Below, in pieces: positions 41,659 to 54,006 of a stretch of 64,000 nt of DNA. Source of the DNA: Ptychomitrium polyphyllum (Eukaryota); assembly GCA_973851085.1 (NCBI GenBank), contig OZ316775.1, positions 3,162,001-3,226,000 of the forward strand. The letters run 5' to 3'. The translations under genes were made by a program, and so were the position numbers. Numbering within the stretch: the stretch's first letter is position 1; each line of letters starts with the position of its first letter. A model generated the notes under the pieces. It had not been told where the DNA came from. It did no database searches and saw nothing but the letters and a program-made list of their open reading frames with translations.

Positions 41659-44600
41659 GAGTGTAATTTCCTGCTGAGTTGTCATAACTTGCTTCATAAG
41701 CATTGTTGCCTTTGAAAAGGACCCAATAAGAGTTCTTCCAACTCAATCTTGGAAGTTGTGCAAGGTGGGACATTTTAATATGATTCATTGTAACTAACTT
41801 CATTGTCAGCCATGCTGCAACTACACACCACCTAGCAGTCTGTCTGAATCTTTGAATCTTAGTTCAAGGCCTTGAGCCATCATCCATAATTCCCACATTC
41901 TTTCTTTGGATTCACATCTGAGTGTGCTCACAGCAGAAGATTACCGGAGAAGCTTAATACAAGTTATGCTGCCTTTCTTACCACCTAGTACCTAGAATGG
42001 ATTCAGAATTTTAGATGTTGGTCAAATCCGAGAGTTCTACAAGAAATCACACGGCAAAGGGAAGCCCAAATGCTAATTCATTAGTGACAACCGTCAATTT
42101 TGCCTTGGAAAGTGGACACATTCTCTGCTTAGATAGCAATAATACCAAAGACCGTGCCTCTTGTGTAATTGCAAGTTTGCAAAGCAATGACTTGCACACC
42201 AACAACATTGAAGTGAATTACATTAACCCCTAGTGTGTCAGGTCCTTGGTGACCTTCCCTATACAAAATTGGAGTGACTTTCAAAAAATAATCAAATTGA
42301 TGCACAGATATAGCACACAACTAATTGAATTTAGATGGGCTTTGGACTGATTCACTTCACATTGATTATCTTGTATGACATATGGGTTTTATTAAGCTTT
42401 AGACATGTAAATTAGTCGTCTAAGAAAGCTTTGATTCCAAAAGCTTCTTGATAATTTCCTTGAAATTGAGATGTATTATGATTTATTACTTTACAACTCT
42501 GTTGAAGTGATTTTTAAATGAATAATATGATTTTCAGTTGTTAGAATTGTTTCATTTTTCAATCTCTTTAAGAGTGATATTATAAGATGTTAGTAAAGAG
42601 TAATTTAAGTGATGAAAGATAAAAGTTGATATGCATAACATCAATATTTTCAAAGTATACTAATTTTAACAATGCAAATATCATTGAAAATCAATGTTAT
42701 TTTGTACATTTATAAAACAAGCAAAGCATATTTTTTTAGTTTTTAAAAAGATAGTGTGCCATGTAGTGTCAATTTGATTACTTCCCTTGAATTTTTGAGA
42801 TGCTTCCACCTCTAGATGTTTGGAAGGACATGTTAAAATTTAAATTTTGAATTAAATAGTTTAAAAGTTTTACAGAATTTTATAATCTAGCAATTATGGA
42901 TATTTAAGTTTTTGTAGAGACATATATGGATGAAAAAAAAATGAATTTGAATATTTACAACTTTATAAACTAAACAAGTACTTAATTTATTTGTATTTAA
43001 ATTTGTACATGGCCATTTGACAAGGTGAACTTTTCATTTATGAACATTCATTGATTGCCTAATCTACATTATTGCAAGTTTGATTTTAAACTTAAAAAAT
43101 GACTTGGTAATATGTATTACATTACAACATTTTTGTAAAAAAACTAATTTGTTTTCAATCCAAATTTTTATTGTTGTATGGAGTTTAAATATATCTATAC
43201 AATTGGACTTTATATTCCTTATATAAAAATTTGTCTCATTTCATCCATATAATTATGTTTATAGATTCAAAGATATTTCAAAGATTATTTTCTTCCTTAT
43301 TCATGGCAACTTAGTTTTTTTTTGATCATATACAATCATTTAAAATTAAAATACAAAAACTTCATAGTCCCTATATTTCAAATTTTATTGATGTTCCATA
43401 AATAGTGTATTCAAAATTCCAATCATTTCCTTATACAAAAATTATTCATTTTCAACAAACCTCAGTTAAAACCACGTCAACTACATATAATCAATTTCAA
43501 ATTTGTTTATCTTTTTATTTTATTTTTATTAAAAAATATAAAAGGATTGTATTACTTTGACATTTTGCATTGTTGGATTGATTTAAGTTTTTGGATATAC
43601 AAAGTCACTCATTCTTATGGAACTTTTGTGTTATTTTCATACTAGCTTTAAAATAGGCCAATCATTAGAATCTATTATGAATTGTGACCATGAATGTTAT
43701 TTAATATTTGAGCCAAAAAAGACAAGCCAAGTTTGTCAATAACAAAAATAGAATTATTACTAGCAACAATTGGAGTTAGATTAGCTATATAGTTTTTAAT
43801 TAGATTTAGCTTGGTATGTATAAAAAAGAGTGTCTTAGACATGACATGTAATTTTTATTTAGTTCTTTTTGTGCAAGTTTTTAAATTCTTTGTATATTTT
43901 TTGCTAATAGATTTTTTACAACATTTTAAAGTTTTCTTGCAACATTTTGAGTGTAAATCAAAGCCCAATTCAAATATGGGAGTAGATTTTGAAGATCACT
44001 TAATGTACAATGACCAAAATTATTATTTTGTATTATTAAATGTTGCACAAGCAAATTACCAAGTGATGCAATGACCGGCTAACAAGAAAATACTTGAAGT
44101 AGTGTTTTTCTACACTTAAGAATATTTAACACAACAATCTTTATAAAATTACATACATTTATTTTTAATTTATAAAATACATACAACCATTATGTAATGC
44201 ATTCTAATAAGACAATGTTCACTTGAATATTTAATTTATGACCATTTGAAAAAGTACTATATAAAAGTTTATGAATTAATTTTAAAACTGATCTTCAAAT
44301 AGAAGGCCATTAGTTTTTAAATGTAATTTTTATCTTATATATAAAGAATCATCAAAAATGATGATTTTCAAAGAAATTCTATCTACTTCCACAATGATAA
44401 CTTTCAAATCTATTAGAAAATGTAATTCTCAATAAAATTCTATAGCCAAAGAAAATCTTATGATTTATTTATTATGAAGAATTGTAATTTACAAGATACT
44501 TGGTTCATAAATTAATTTTAATTATAAAAAAAAATTAAAATCACTTCTTTAGTTCCTTCCACTTACATTTATTAAATATTAAAAATTCAATTCAAAAGAA

Positions 44601-46506
44601 GAATTCAAAAAGTATTCATTAATGAGAAAACACACACATATATATTTAAGATGTAAAAGTTTGAAAGAAATATGAGTGGCATTAAATTGTGTGTATGTAT
44701 ATTTTGTACATACGTACATACGTACACACACATCTGACACCTTTGAAATCCACAAATACAATGGAGTAGAAAAGGTAATTATATAACACTCTATGTAAAT
44801 CTAAAAAATGTACAAAATTACATTAAAGCTCAATGGTTTGTATTTCTTTAATCAATTTTATTCTCACACTCTCTTTAAAATGGGATTGACAATCATGATG
44901 TCATCAATTTTTTCTTTTATACACTACAATTGATATTTTAACTATTAACTCAATTTTACTTTTGAAAATTAGTTTCTTCATCCAAGGGTCAAGAATTTTA
45001 TTTCTTTGTATGCTAGAAAAATAATTTCAAATGTATATTCTAGATAAATCAGTCAAGAGTGAATGAAATGTGATTTTGTTGGAAATGCCCCTAAAGTATG
45101 ATGTAGTGATTCACAAATCTAGTGATGATCATGCACAATGAAAGGTAAAGAGGATGTCTGGTGTTTGCTTAATTAATTAATCAAGTTTCAGCACAATACA
45201 CGTCTTGTACACAACACTAAGTGTTCAATTCTTAACAAGCAAAATTGTTAGATACAGGGTGTTCAAGTACCATCACAGTTGTAAGCATAGCCTTGCATGG
45301 GTAACACAATATGAAACATGTTTTCATACCACACTGTTTCTACCATTTGTATGGTGTAAATTGATTTAGTTCAGAAAATCCAAACATTATAGATTTATTA
45401 TTTGAACAATAAATACATTAGCATAGACAAAAACTTCAGTAAAATTGCAAATGATGAAAACAAGAATAAAGCTTGAAAGAAAATTGCAATGCACAAAAAT
45501 GATGAAATGTTATGATATCTATTAATATATAGCAATTGGTTAGTTATATATCAATGATGTAAATTTTTTAAATGATTGGTGATTGTGATTTTTTGTTTTT
45601 TTTGATTGGTTAAAATGTTACAAATTTGTACATTGATGTTGAAACCATGCAAATTTGAAATCTTACTAATGCATAATTAAAAGTTTAAAATTACAATTTT
45701 GTCATGATTTGAAGTTTTTTAATTAATTCTAAAAACAAACTTATATTTCATAAGCATATAATTCCTTATCATTAAGATATATTTTCATTCATTGGCTATC
45801 TTTTAGGAATTATTTACAAATAAAATAATGATAATTGATTAAAAATAGTTAAGAAAACAATCTTTTAATATTCAAAATAATATAATCTTTTGAAAATATT
45901 CTAAAACTTATGTGAAATTTATATGTAAAAATTTGTGCTCATCCAACTATTAAATAAAGAATTCAAATTGAAGGTAACTCATATAAAAAATTTGTGTCCT
46001 ATGTAGATATGTGTATGTAAGTTTTACTGCAAATGCATCCTTTGTTTTGAAATAGAAATTGAAATATATTTATCAAATGAAAACTTTGACAAAAAATTGT
46101 GATTCTTATTAGAACCTAAAACAAGAATATTTAGTTGGAGGTTGGATATCAATTGTAATTGACGACTAAAAGTAGGCATGGGGTGTATAGAAGAAATTAG
46201 AATCAAGTAGGACTTGACATTAAAAGCAACCAGTGCAATGCTGAAAGAAAATGATACATGCACCTTTGATTTGTATGTTTTAAGGATTTAGGATTTAAGG
46301 TTTGGTATCTTGAGTATATACTTACATAACTAGAAATTAAAGTTATCTGATTTTGCATTTATTTTAGGATGAAAAATTTGAGTGATATCATTTTTTATTT
46401 ATAGAGTAGTATTTATTGTAGTTGTTTTATAATACATAAATCATGATTTATATAATTTTCTTATAGAATATAATTTATTGTAGTATTTATTGTAGTTGTT
46501 TTGGAT

Positions 46507-46606
46507 NNNNNNNNNNNNNNNNNNNNNNNNNNNNNNNNNNNNNNNNNNNNNNNNNNNNNNNNNNNNNNNNNNNNNNNNNNNNNNNNNNNNNNNNNNNNNN
46601 NNNNNN
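46507..46606. other. Assembly gap (100 N); true length unknown
   Basis: Run of exactly 100 N, typical of a scaffolding placeholder. Confidence 0.98.
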
Positions 46607-47396
46607 AATCAAGCTTTACAATTAGATTGATGTACTAGTTATTCCATAATATGAGGCTTTAGAATGAAAATTAATTTTTTCAAAACAAAGAGCCATGAAT
46701 TCAACAACAAAGTTTCTAAATTGCTAAAATTATTTTCCTTTATCTTTGAATAAAGCTTATATGTCTATTTTTAAAATTAAAATTTTATTAGAAAAATATA
46801 ACAATTGTATTTAATACTAAAATAAAGTCAATGATGTTGAATTTATTCTGATGTAACTAATTTATCAAATTTTTTAATAATTACAAAGTGAATCATTAAA
46901 AGATAATCAAGCAATAAATTTTAAAATAATAATAAAAAAGTGGCTGAAAGCTTGAAATTCAAATTCATTAAACAAATTTAAAAAATATGCATTCAATGCA
47001 ATTTGGAAAAAAAGAGCAATTGAAAAAAACATCAGAGATTTATTCAAGGTCAAACTTTTGTGGAATTTCAAATAGGAAATGTGTTTGTTGTGGTTTTTCA
47101 TTTGAATTGATGCTATTTGATTAAATAAAAACAAACTGAAGTAAGGGAATAATACGTTAGAATTAAATTTCATAAACCAGAGATTGTTTCAAACTGACAA
47201 TACATGATACCAAATTTAATAACCCAATGATCATTATACATTTAAAGATTAACAATCACAAATTGTTCAACAATTGCATGACATATAATTTGTATGTACC
47301 AAATGTATGCAATGTAATAAATATGGTGTTTTGGTAATTAAAAAATTTAGGTTGTTTTTCCATCATATCTCTACAAATTATCATAATTTTCTATTT

Positions 47397-47400
<4 letters not shown>

Positions 47401-47432
<32 letters not shown>
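47401..47432. repeat. (TA)16 microsatellite
   Basis: Direct reading. Confidence 0.95.
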
Positions 47433-47436
<4 letters not shown>

Positions 47437-49749
47437 CAATGTAGAATTTCAAGAAATTAATAAAAGTCAAGCAAGACATCTTATTTTGTGAAGAAAATAA
47501 TATTAACAACCAAATTTTCATTTGTCTTTTTCTTTTTCCATTTGTATATAGAACTTACTGCGTTTTTTTAATGAAAAGGATAATTTTGATCTTACTGCTT
47601 ACTGCTTAGAAGTAGTTTAGAGAATTGACAATTTTCAAAATAAATGCCATTTCTTTATATTTTTTTGAATGAAATGAAGGAGATTTAATATTTACATAGA
47701 AAAATAAAATTTTACTGCTAATCTTTGTAGGAAGCTAAATTTACATGAAGTTTTAATTTTAGAAAGGAATGTTAAAATATTATTTATAGATTGCTTTAAA
47801 CAAGATGAAAATGTGAAAATCTCCATAATTAGTAAAAATATCTATTAATTGAAAAAATATAATGCTATTTTCTTGAAATAAAGAGATAAAACATGTTGAT
47901 ATGTTATTTACTAATGTTAAACCAATTCAAAATGATGACTGTATATAATTTCTTTTTGCCAAAAAATATCATTGTAAAACTAACCTTATAATTTGTTGTT
48001 TAAGTATTTACATATTGATTTTTTTTATGACCAAAAAAAAGATATGTCTATAATGATCAAGTTTCAACTAGGATTCCATAATTATATTGCTTTCAATGAT
48101 ATATATGTAATAATGTTGAATTAAACTAATTTATATCTTATTTAAATAAATTCTTAAAAATTAAAAAATATATCATTGGTAAAACCAAAGATTATATGTT
48201 GAATTTTATTTGTCTCTAGTATTCTATTTTATTACTTTATTGATGTATAAAAAAGGAATAAGCTATTGTATGCACTCCTATTTAAGCATTAAAGTATAAG
48301 CATTGTAAGTTGTCTTGCCTTTAACAATTCTTTATAGATGAGACTTTTTCCATATTTGTATCCAAAAAAAGTCAATGCTTTCAATTTAAAAAAAAAATAT
48401 TTTAAAGAAATTTCCTCAATAAAATAATTTAGGAACATACACCCTCAAATTATTCTGATACTTTCAAACTATAGGCAAGTCTTTGCACATACATGTATTT
48501 ATGTGTATTTGATGGTATAAAGATAAATTTAATACATATGTTTTTAAATTCAAAGTGGAGGCATATAGTGTGATTGATCAATCAAGGAATATGAATGTGA
48601 TTAATAGTTTTCAGTATTTTACTATATTATGCCAATACAGATACTATAACTAAGAAGTTTCAATTTTCCACAGCTGGGTTTTTGCTTTGACTTTGACTGG
48701 ACCAGAGAAGGAGTTGAAAAGGCCTCTCCTATTGAGATTCACTGACTTGGTAGCCCATAGGGAAATAAATTACTGGATCTGCATATGCTACATGCATAGC
48801 AAAGTGGAATTCATGTATTATGGAGATACGGCTGAAATCTCGGTCTCCATACCCACCTGACGGCTGCTTTTCTACTGCCAATGCAACCAGAGTATGTACT
48901 AGGCCTGCTCAATTACTGCAGACTCCAGAAGATAGTCATGAGCATGATTGTGGTCTTTGATGGAAACTCGGGCTTCTCTCTTTGGACATACTGTATATGT
49001 GAATCTTTAGGTGTTACCATCTGTGATCTGATTCAAGTGCATGCCATGCATGGTCTGATCAATTCTGTGACTCACTGAACCACGTTTTACCACTGAGTTC
49101 ACGAGCTCCTCTACCGCATTCCAATGATCAGAAATTGGGCTCCACATAATCTACATATTCTTCTTGCTCTGCATGATACCTAGCTCCTCAATTTCTTGCT
49201 CAACCTTCTGACCTTTTAGATGGTGGGGCCTAAGTGGGGCCTAACCTGTCCGGCCATTTCTATCCAATAACAGTTGCTATTTAGGTGGACTCTGTATATG
49301 CTCTTTGGAATATGACACTTGGCCTCCCTACAGATTTGCTGAACCAGGGTTCCTAGGATATATTTATCATTGAATTGCTAGTGATCATGCAACATCATCT
49401 CCATATAGCTGACTTTAATGTCAACAAACTGTGAGGAAATATTTCAAATATCCTTACATGAAAACTGTATTGTACATCATGGGCTCATTGAGAATTTCCT
49501 CATAATTTCAACCTTATACAAAGAGCAAGCAGTTCATATTCAGTACCAAAGCAATTGGCTAAATAGAACACACAGTTAACTTACTGTAGTTTGTTATTTG
49601 ATACATCATACAACTGCACTTCTGTAAACAAATGCTGCTTTGTTACAAGCAGTAGTAGCAAATGATTGAACTATATCCATACATAACACCCACACCATTT
49701 ATTCCCAGTCCCTCCAAATAACCTCATCACAAACTTAGCAGACCCTTGG

Positions 49750-50520
49750 CACCCCAATCAGGAACTATGCTTTCCAGCAAAACACCAGGGATATGAAAAT
49801 CGCCACCACTCACACAGAAACTGAGCCTCCTCCAATGCTCACAAGTTACACACTTTCCACCCCCCAAAACTTCCTCACTGCCACCTCAGACGAGAACCCA
49901 TTTAAGATACCCACCCGCCACATCAGCCAAAGCCAATTAACTTTCAAACCACGCGCTGAGAACATGCTTCCGCGCTTACAGAACCCCTTTTGACCGAAAA
50001 TAGAAGCGTTGTAGACCAACAATCCACTCGACTCGGTACGTATCTGATCTACATGATCGCCACATCCCCGGTATCTCATCCGGGTATGAATATAGCACCC
50101 CCCCCCCTCTGGTCATCTTCTGCAGTGCAGCCTTGGTTGCTTGTTTGTGAGCAGCCAGCGCGGTCGTAGGCTCCACTTGCATGGAGAGCCCCCAAAAGGA
50201 CGAGAGGCGCTACAACAGGGAAAGAGGAGTTCCCACTGCTCTCATTGCGTCTCCGTTTCTTCAGTCATTGCCCAACCTCGCCATCACTACTTACCAACAC
50301 CACACCTTGTGTATGTTGTAAGTTAGAGGTTGCACTCAGTCGTACGTGCAGGCAGCAGCTGCAAGCCAGCGGTTGCCAATCAACCTTCAATCGTAGTTTC
50401 TGTCCCTAAATCCTCCACCCTTCTAGTGCCGCCAGTCCTCTCAGAGCTCTTTCTCTCTCCCCCCCTCTCTCTCTGCCTGCCTGCCTTTACACTCCATTCT
50501 ATTCTGTTGCCGGTGCATTG
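49750..50520. promoter_or_regulatory. CG-rich, possibly bidirectional promoter region upstream of the BZR gene
   Basis: Switch to CG-rich sequence; CT-repeat tract at about 50446-50490 on +; minus-strand donor-like sites (TCT|GTAAGC at about 49979, TGT|GTGAGT at about 49813) followed by T/G-rich intron-like sequence on the minus strand. Confidence 0.4.
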
Positions 50521-52487
50521 CATGTATGGGTGTGGTTTGGAAGGAAACTTTAGACTACTGTATGGAGTGAGTGAGGATCATCCAGCTGCTTGGGGCGCAG
50601 CGGCTCAGCAGAAGCAAGGCTTTAAAACAATGGTAGCACTTTTTGGTTGGTGAGCTCTTTGGGCTTTGCTGCTGGGTGGGTGAACTTGCAAGTGGGGGAG
50701 ACAGAAAGTCTGGGGTGGGTTGCGATCGTGGAGCTTGCGAGGGTAAGGAGTAGTACTGAAGGTTGCACTTTTACTGGCAAAAATGCGAGTTCTGTAGTTG
50801 TTCAGTGGGAGTGCCTCTAGGGCGGTGGGGGTGCTGCAAGCTCCAGAATCGTTTTGAGCTGGAATGTCGTTCGGGAGTGCAAACAGTGCGCTCATCATTG
50901 TGACATAACCCAGTGTCCATGTCCTGGAAGTGGAAATCGGTCTTGGTCAAAGCCTACGACGCTGGCAGTCTTCGCTGCATTAACTTCGTTAGCATCATCA
51001 GCGGAGTGAGCACTCTTGGTTTTTAGCCACAAGTACTTGAGAGTTAGAGTAGCATTGCAAATTGACACTCTTGTGTAATAAGCAGGCTGTGATCATTCTC
51101 CGTTTCTGTTTTCTTTACTTTATATCTTTAGTTTTTTAGTTCCCCTCCTTGAATTACACTCCAGCTGCCGCTGTCCATCGTGTTGCAGTTTTGCAGAGGC
51201 AGTTCAACGAGATTTTTCCCATTTTGTCTCGGGGCTTGCGACATTGTAGAGCCGTACTCCTGGTTGTGTTTCCCTAGTTTCCCCGCTGCGTCAGTACTCC
51301 CTGTTGGTGAGCAAGGTGGTGCACTTGGTGATGCTCCCTAATTTCACATTCCTCCTTCTTCGCTTCTAGTTTTCCACCACCCTAGTTCTCTAGCCCTCCT
51401 TCTCTACTCGCCAACTCCCCCAGTTACATGTAGTTTTTCCAGCACTTTTCACTTCATAGCCAGCTGGTTGTTGCTTGCTTGAGATTCTCCATGACTGCCC
51501 GTTTTCTCCTCCTTCGGTGATCAGCTCATATTTTTGCGCTTTTCCTTATGTAAGGCTTTCTTAGTTAGTAGCAACCAAGTAAGTTTTAAAGTGCAGTCTT
51601 TCTCTCTCCTACTCCGTTGACACCACCGTCTTGCTGTCAGCTAGCCATCACAGCACATGATCACTTGAATGCTCTGGTTTTGGAACGAAGTTCACTTGGG
51701 AAGCTGGAGTAGTTGCCCGCCATAGCCAGCATGTGGTGAAAAGCGCTTTCAACTTGGGACGACGTCAACTTCATGGGGGTAGAGTATTTTTGTGTCCCTT
51801 GCCCTAAATTATCCGAATATTGATCTGAAGCGGGGATAGAAGGAGCCAAGGACCACAGGCCATCATCGCCCAGGTTTTGGCCCTTGTACGCAGCCTAGTC
51901 TTCTGTGCAGCTTATTCTTGTGAGCTTGGAGTGAGGGCATGAAAATGAAGGACCAAGCACGCTGTCAATACTGGGCTCCTCTATGCACTTAGAACAAGTA
52001 CGACTCTCCACCCTTGTTTATACTTCACTGAAGTATGGTAAAGTTTTATTGCTCCACTTGAGCTGGTGACTCTGTTGGTAATCATCATGTAAGCATTCCC
52101 TCCGGACAAGGCTCGAAGCTTGTAACATTGGGGATGGACGATGGTACCATTACGTGGCCGTATGAGGGCAGCTTTCTCCTGCCCTTGCACGTCGGTATCC
52201 TTGAAAAACCAGTCATTGTACCGTCCTGGTATGCATACGTTTTTTGTTTTGGCAAACCTCATATAGCGATGCTTTCAACCGTGTTTTGTCCAGCCCCAAG
52301 TAAGTCCAAGTCTAGGGCCAAGGCGCTATCCTAGTCTTGGTCCGTTTCCTTTGTATTTTATTTATATATATATATATATGGACGGTTTCATGATGACTGC
52401 ATGTGCATCGCATGAATGATGATAGTTTTGAAAGTTGACGATGGGCTAAATTTGGGGCATGGCTGGTGTGCAGTTGGCTATCTGGTG

Positions 52488-54006
52488 ATGCCGAAGGAGG
52501 TTCAGAGTCAGGACTCGAGGTCGACGTCGGGCACGAGCAGCAGCATGGCGAAGTTGAGCGCGAGCGAGAAGGAGAAGACGAAACTGAGGGAGCGGCAGAG
52601 GCGAGCCATTACCACAAAAATCTTTGCGGGATTAAGGAAATATGGCGGCTACAACCTCCCCCCGCGAGCTGACATCAACGATGTCCTGAAAGCGCTCGCG
52701 TCCGAAGCGGGCTGGGTCGTGGAACCGGATGGCAACACCTACCGCTCGCAGGTATCATACACACAACATCCCCCCCTTTCCACCCCATTTCTAAGTCACC
52801 TTGTTCACCACCACCATCATCCGTACTCTTACTGTATGTCTCAAATGTCCATTTCTCCTCTACCATGCCTAATCCTCACTACATCCAGTTTCTTCTCCAC
52901 TTCTTAATGGACTCTTCTCTGTTGATCTCTCCTGCTAATCCTCTCCTAGTTGACGAAGCCATAATTGCTTCACAATCCAAATCATCCCAACATTCTTGCA
53001 ATGTTCTTTCCGTTTTAGTATTCCTTACCATAGCTCCTCCAAAGTCTTTCTGAATACCGTGCATGGCTATCAGTCTCGAATGATTTTTCAGTCCTTTGAC
53101 TGATCATTTCACAATTCACATAATGATTACAACTACTCATGAGAGGAATCAGGTTCAGATTTAGATTTTTGCACCTGTGTATGATTTTTATGATGAGTGG
53201 CTGATTCATGGGTCTAGTCATATGTGCAGGGATTCTCACAGCCATCGAGCAGCTTACAGCACTCGCTGCGGCACCAGAGCGTGAACCCAGTTCACCACAA
53301 CCGGCTGCAGCTCATCCCGCCACCGTCGACGCTCAACACGGGCTTCAACTGCACGCTGGCGAATCTTATGGCGGACACAGGCGACCTGCGCGAGGGTAAC
53401 TGCTCCACGACGGCCTCCCCGCGCCATCACTCAATGGGGGGCGCCAACAACGCCGGCGGTCACCACTCCAACTCTTCATCTATGACGCTCATGGGCTCGG
53501 GATGCATCTCCAACTCGCCTTTCGCGTCGCCGGCCTCCAGCGAGGGAGGGCCCCCGAGCGGCCGCCTCTCACAAGGCTCCATGCCTTACCTGGCCGGTCT
53601 GTCCACCGGCTTCCTGCCTTCCTGCGGCCTGTCCGACGCGCGCGACGGGGACTCGTCCGGGATCATCAAAGAGGAGTCCGCTGCCGCTGCGGCGTACTTC
53701 AGCGCAGATACTCTCGACGCCCGCGACTTCCAGATGCACCGTGCCACGTTGGATGCGTCCCAGTTTCTGAACTCCAGAGAGTTCAACACGGGCCGAGGAT
53801 CTAACTCTCTGGGGAATGTCAATACGAGCAACATGAATTCGCTCTTCTTCAACGCGGCCCAGCAAGCTCCCAACCGGTTCGGCCAGCGCGCTCCGCTTCC
53901 CAATCTCATGATGCTGTCCACTGGGCACCCGTTTCTCCAAGAGCAACGGGCTTCAAATCAGAATACTCCCTTGGGCTCGCCGCGGCTGCAAGATGGCCCC
54001 GGCTGA
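52488..54006 (+). CDS. BZR: BES1/BZR1-family transcription factor, non-canonical (BAM-like/type-B DNA-binding domain), about 346 aa; exons 52488-52751 and 53230-54006
   Basis: Exon 1 encodes [60 protein letters not shown] (BES1_N bHLH-like domain). The phase-0 intron CAG|GTATCA...GTGCAG|GGA (52752-53229) sits just after the domain, as in other family members. GC-rich exon 2 has Ser/Pro-rich clusters ([26 protein letters not shown]). An acceptor-like GTGCAG at 52468-52473 means an upstream exon (UTR or coding) is possible. Confidence 0.93.

Noticed and set aside
41479..41803. ORFs with KPTS or LLAC repeats
   Set aside because: They are translations of a stop-free 12-bp tandem repeat; the flanks show no coding character.
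46283..46303. Telomere-like AGGATTT repeats near the gap
   Set aside because: Only two to three degenerate units; not a TTTAGGG array.
10700..48600. Many 60-108 aa ORFs rich in F, I, L, K and N; also considered an endogenous giant-virus insertion
   Set aside because: Their composition follows the AT-rich background, many start at TTG/GTG, and no viral hallmark or other domain was recognisable. A frameshift-aware search would be needed to exclude a highly decayed viral origin.
48819..48851. Small hairpin TATGGAGA...TCTCCATA as a Helitron 3' end
   Set aside because: The stem is only about 8-10 bp and there is no CTRR terminus at the expected distance.
53502..53946. Overlapping and antisense ORFs of 100-125 aa
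   Set aside because: Shadow frames of the GC-rich BZR exon 2.
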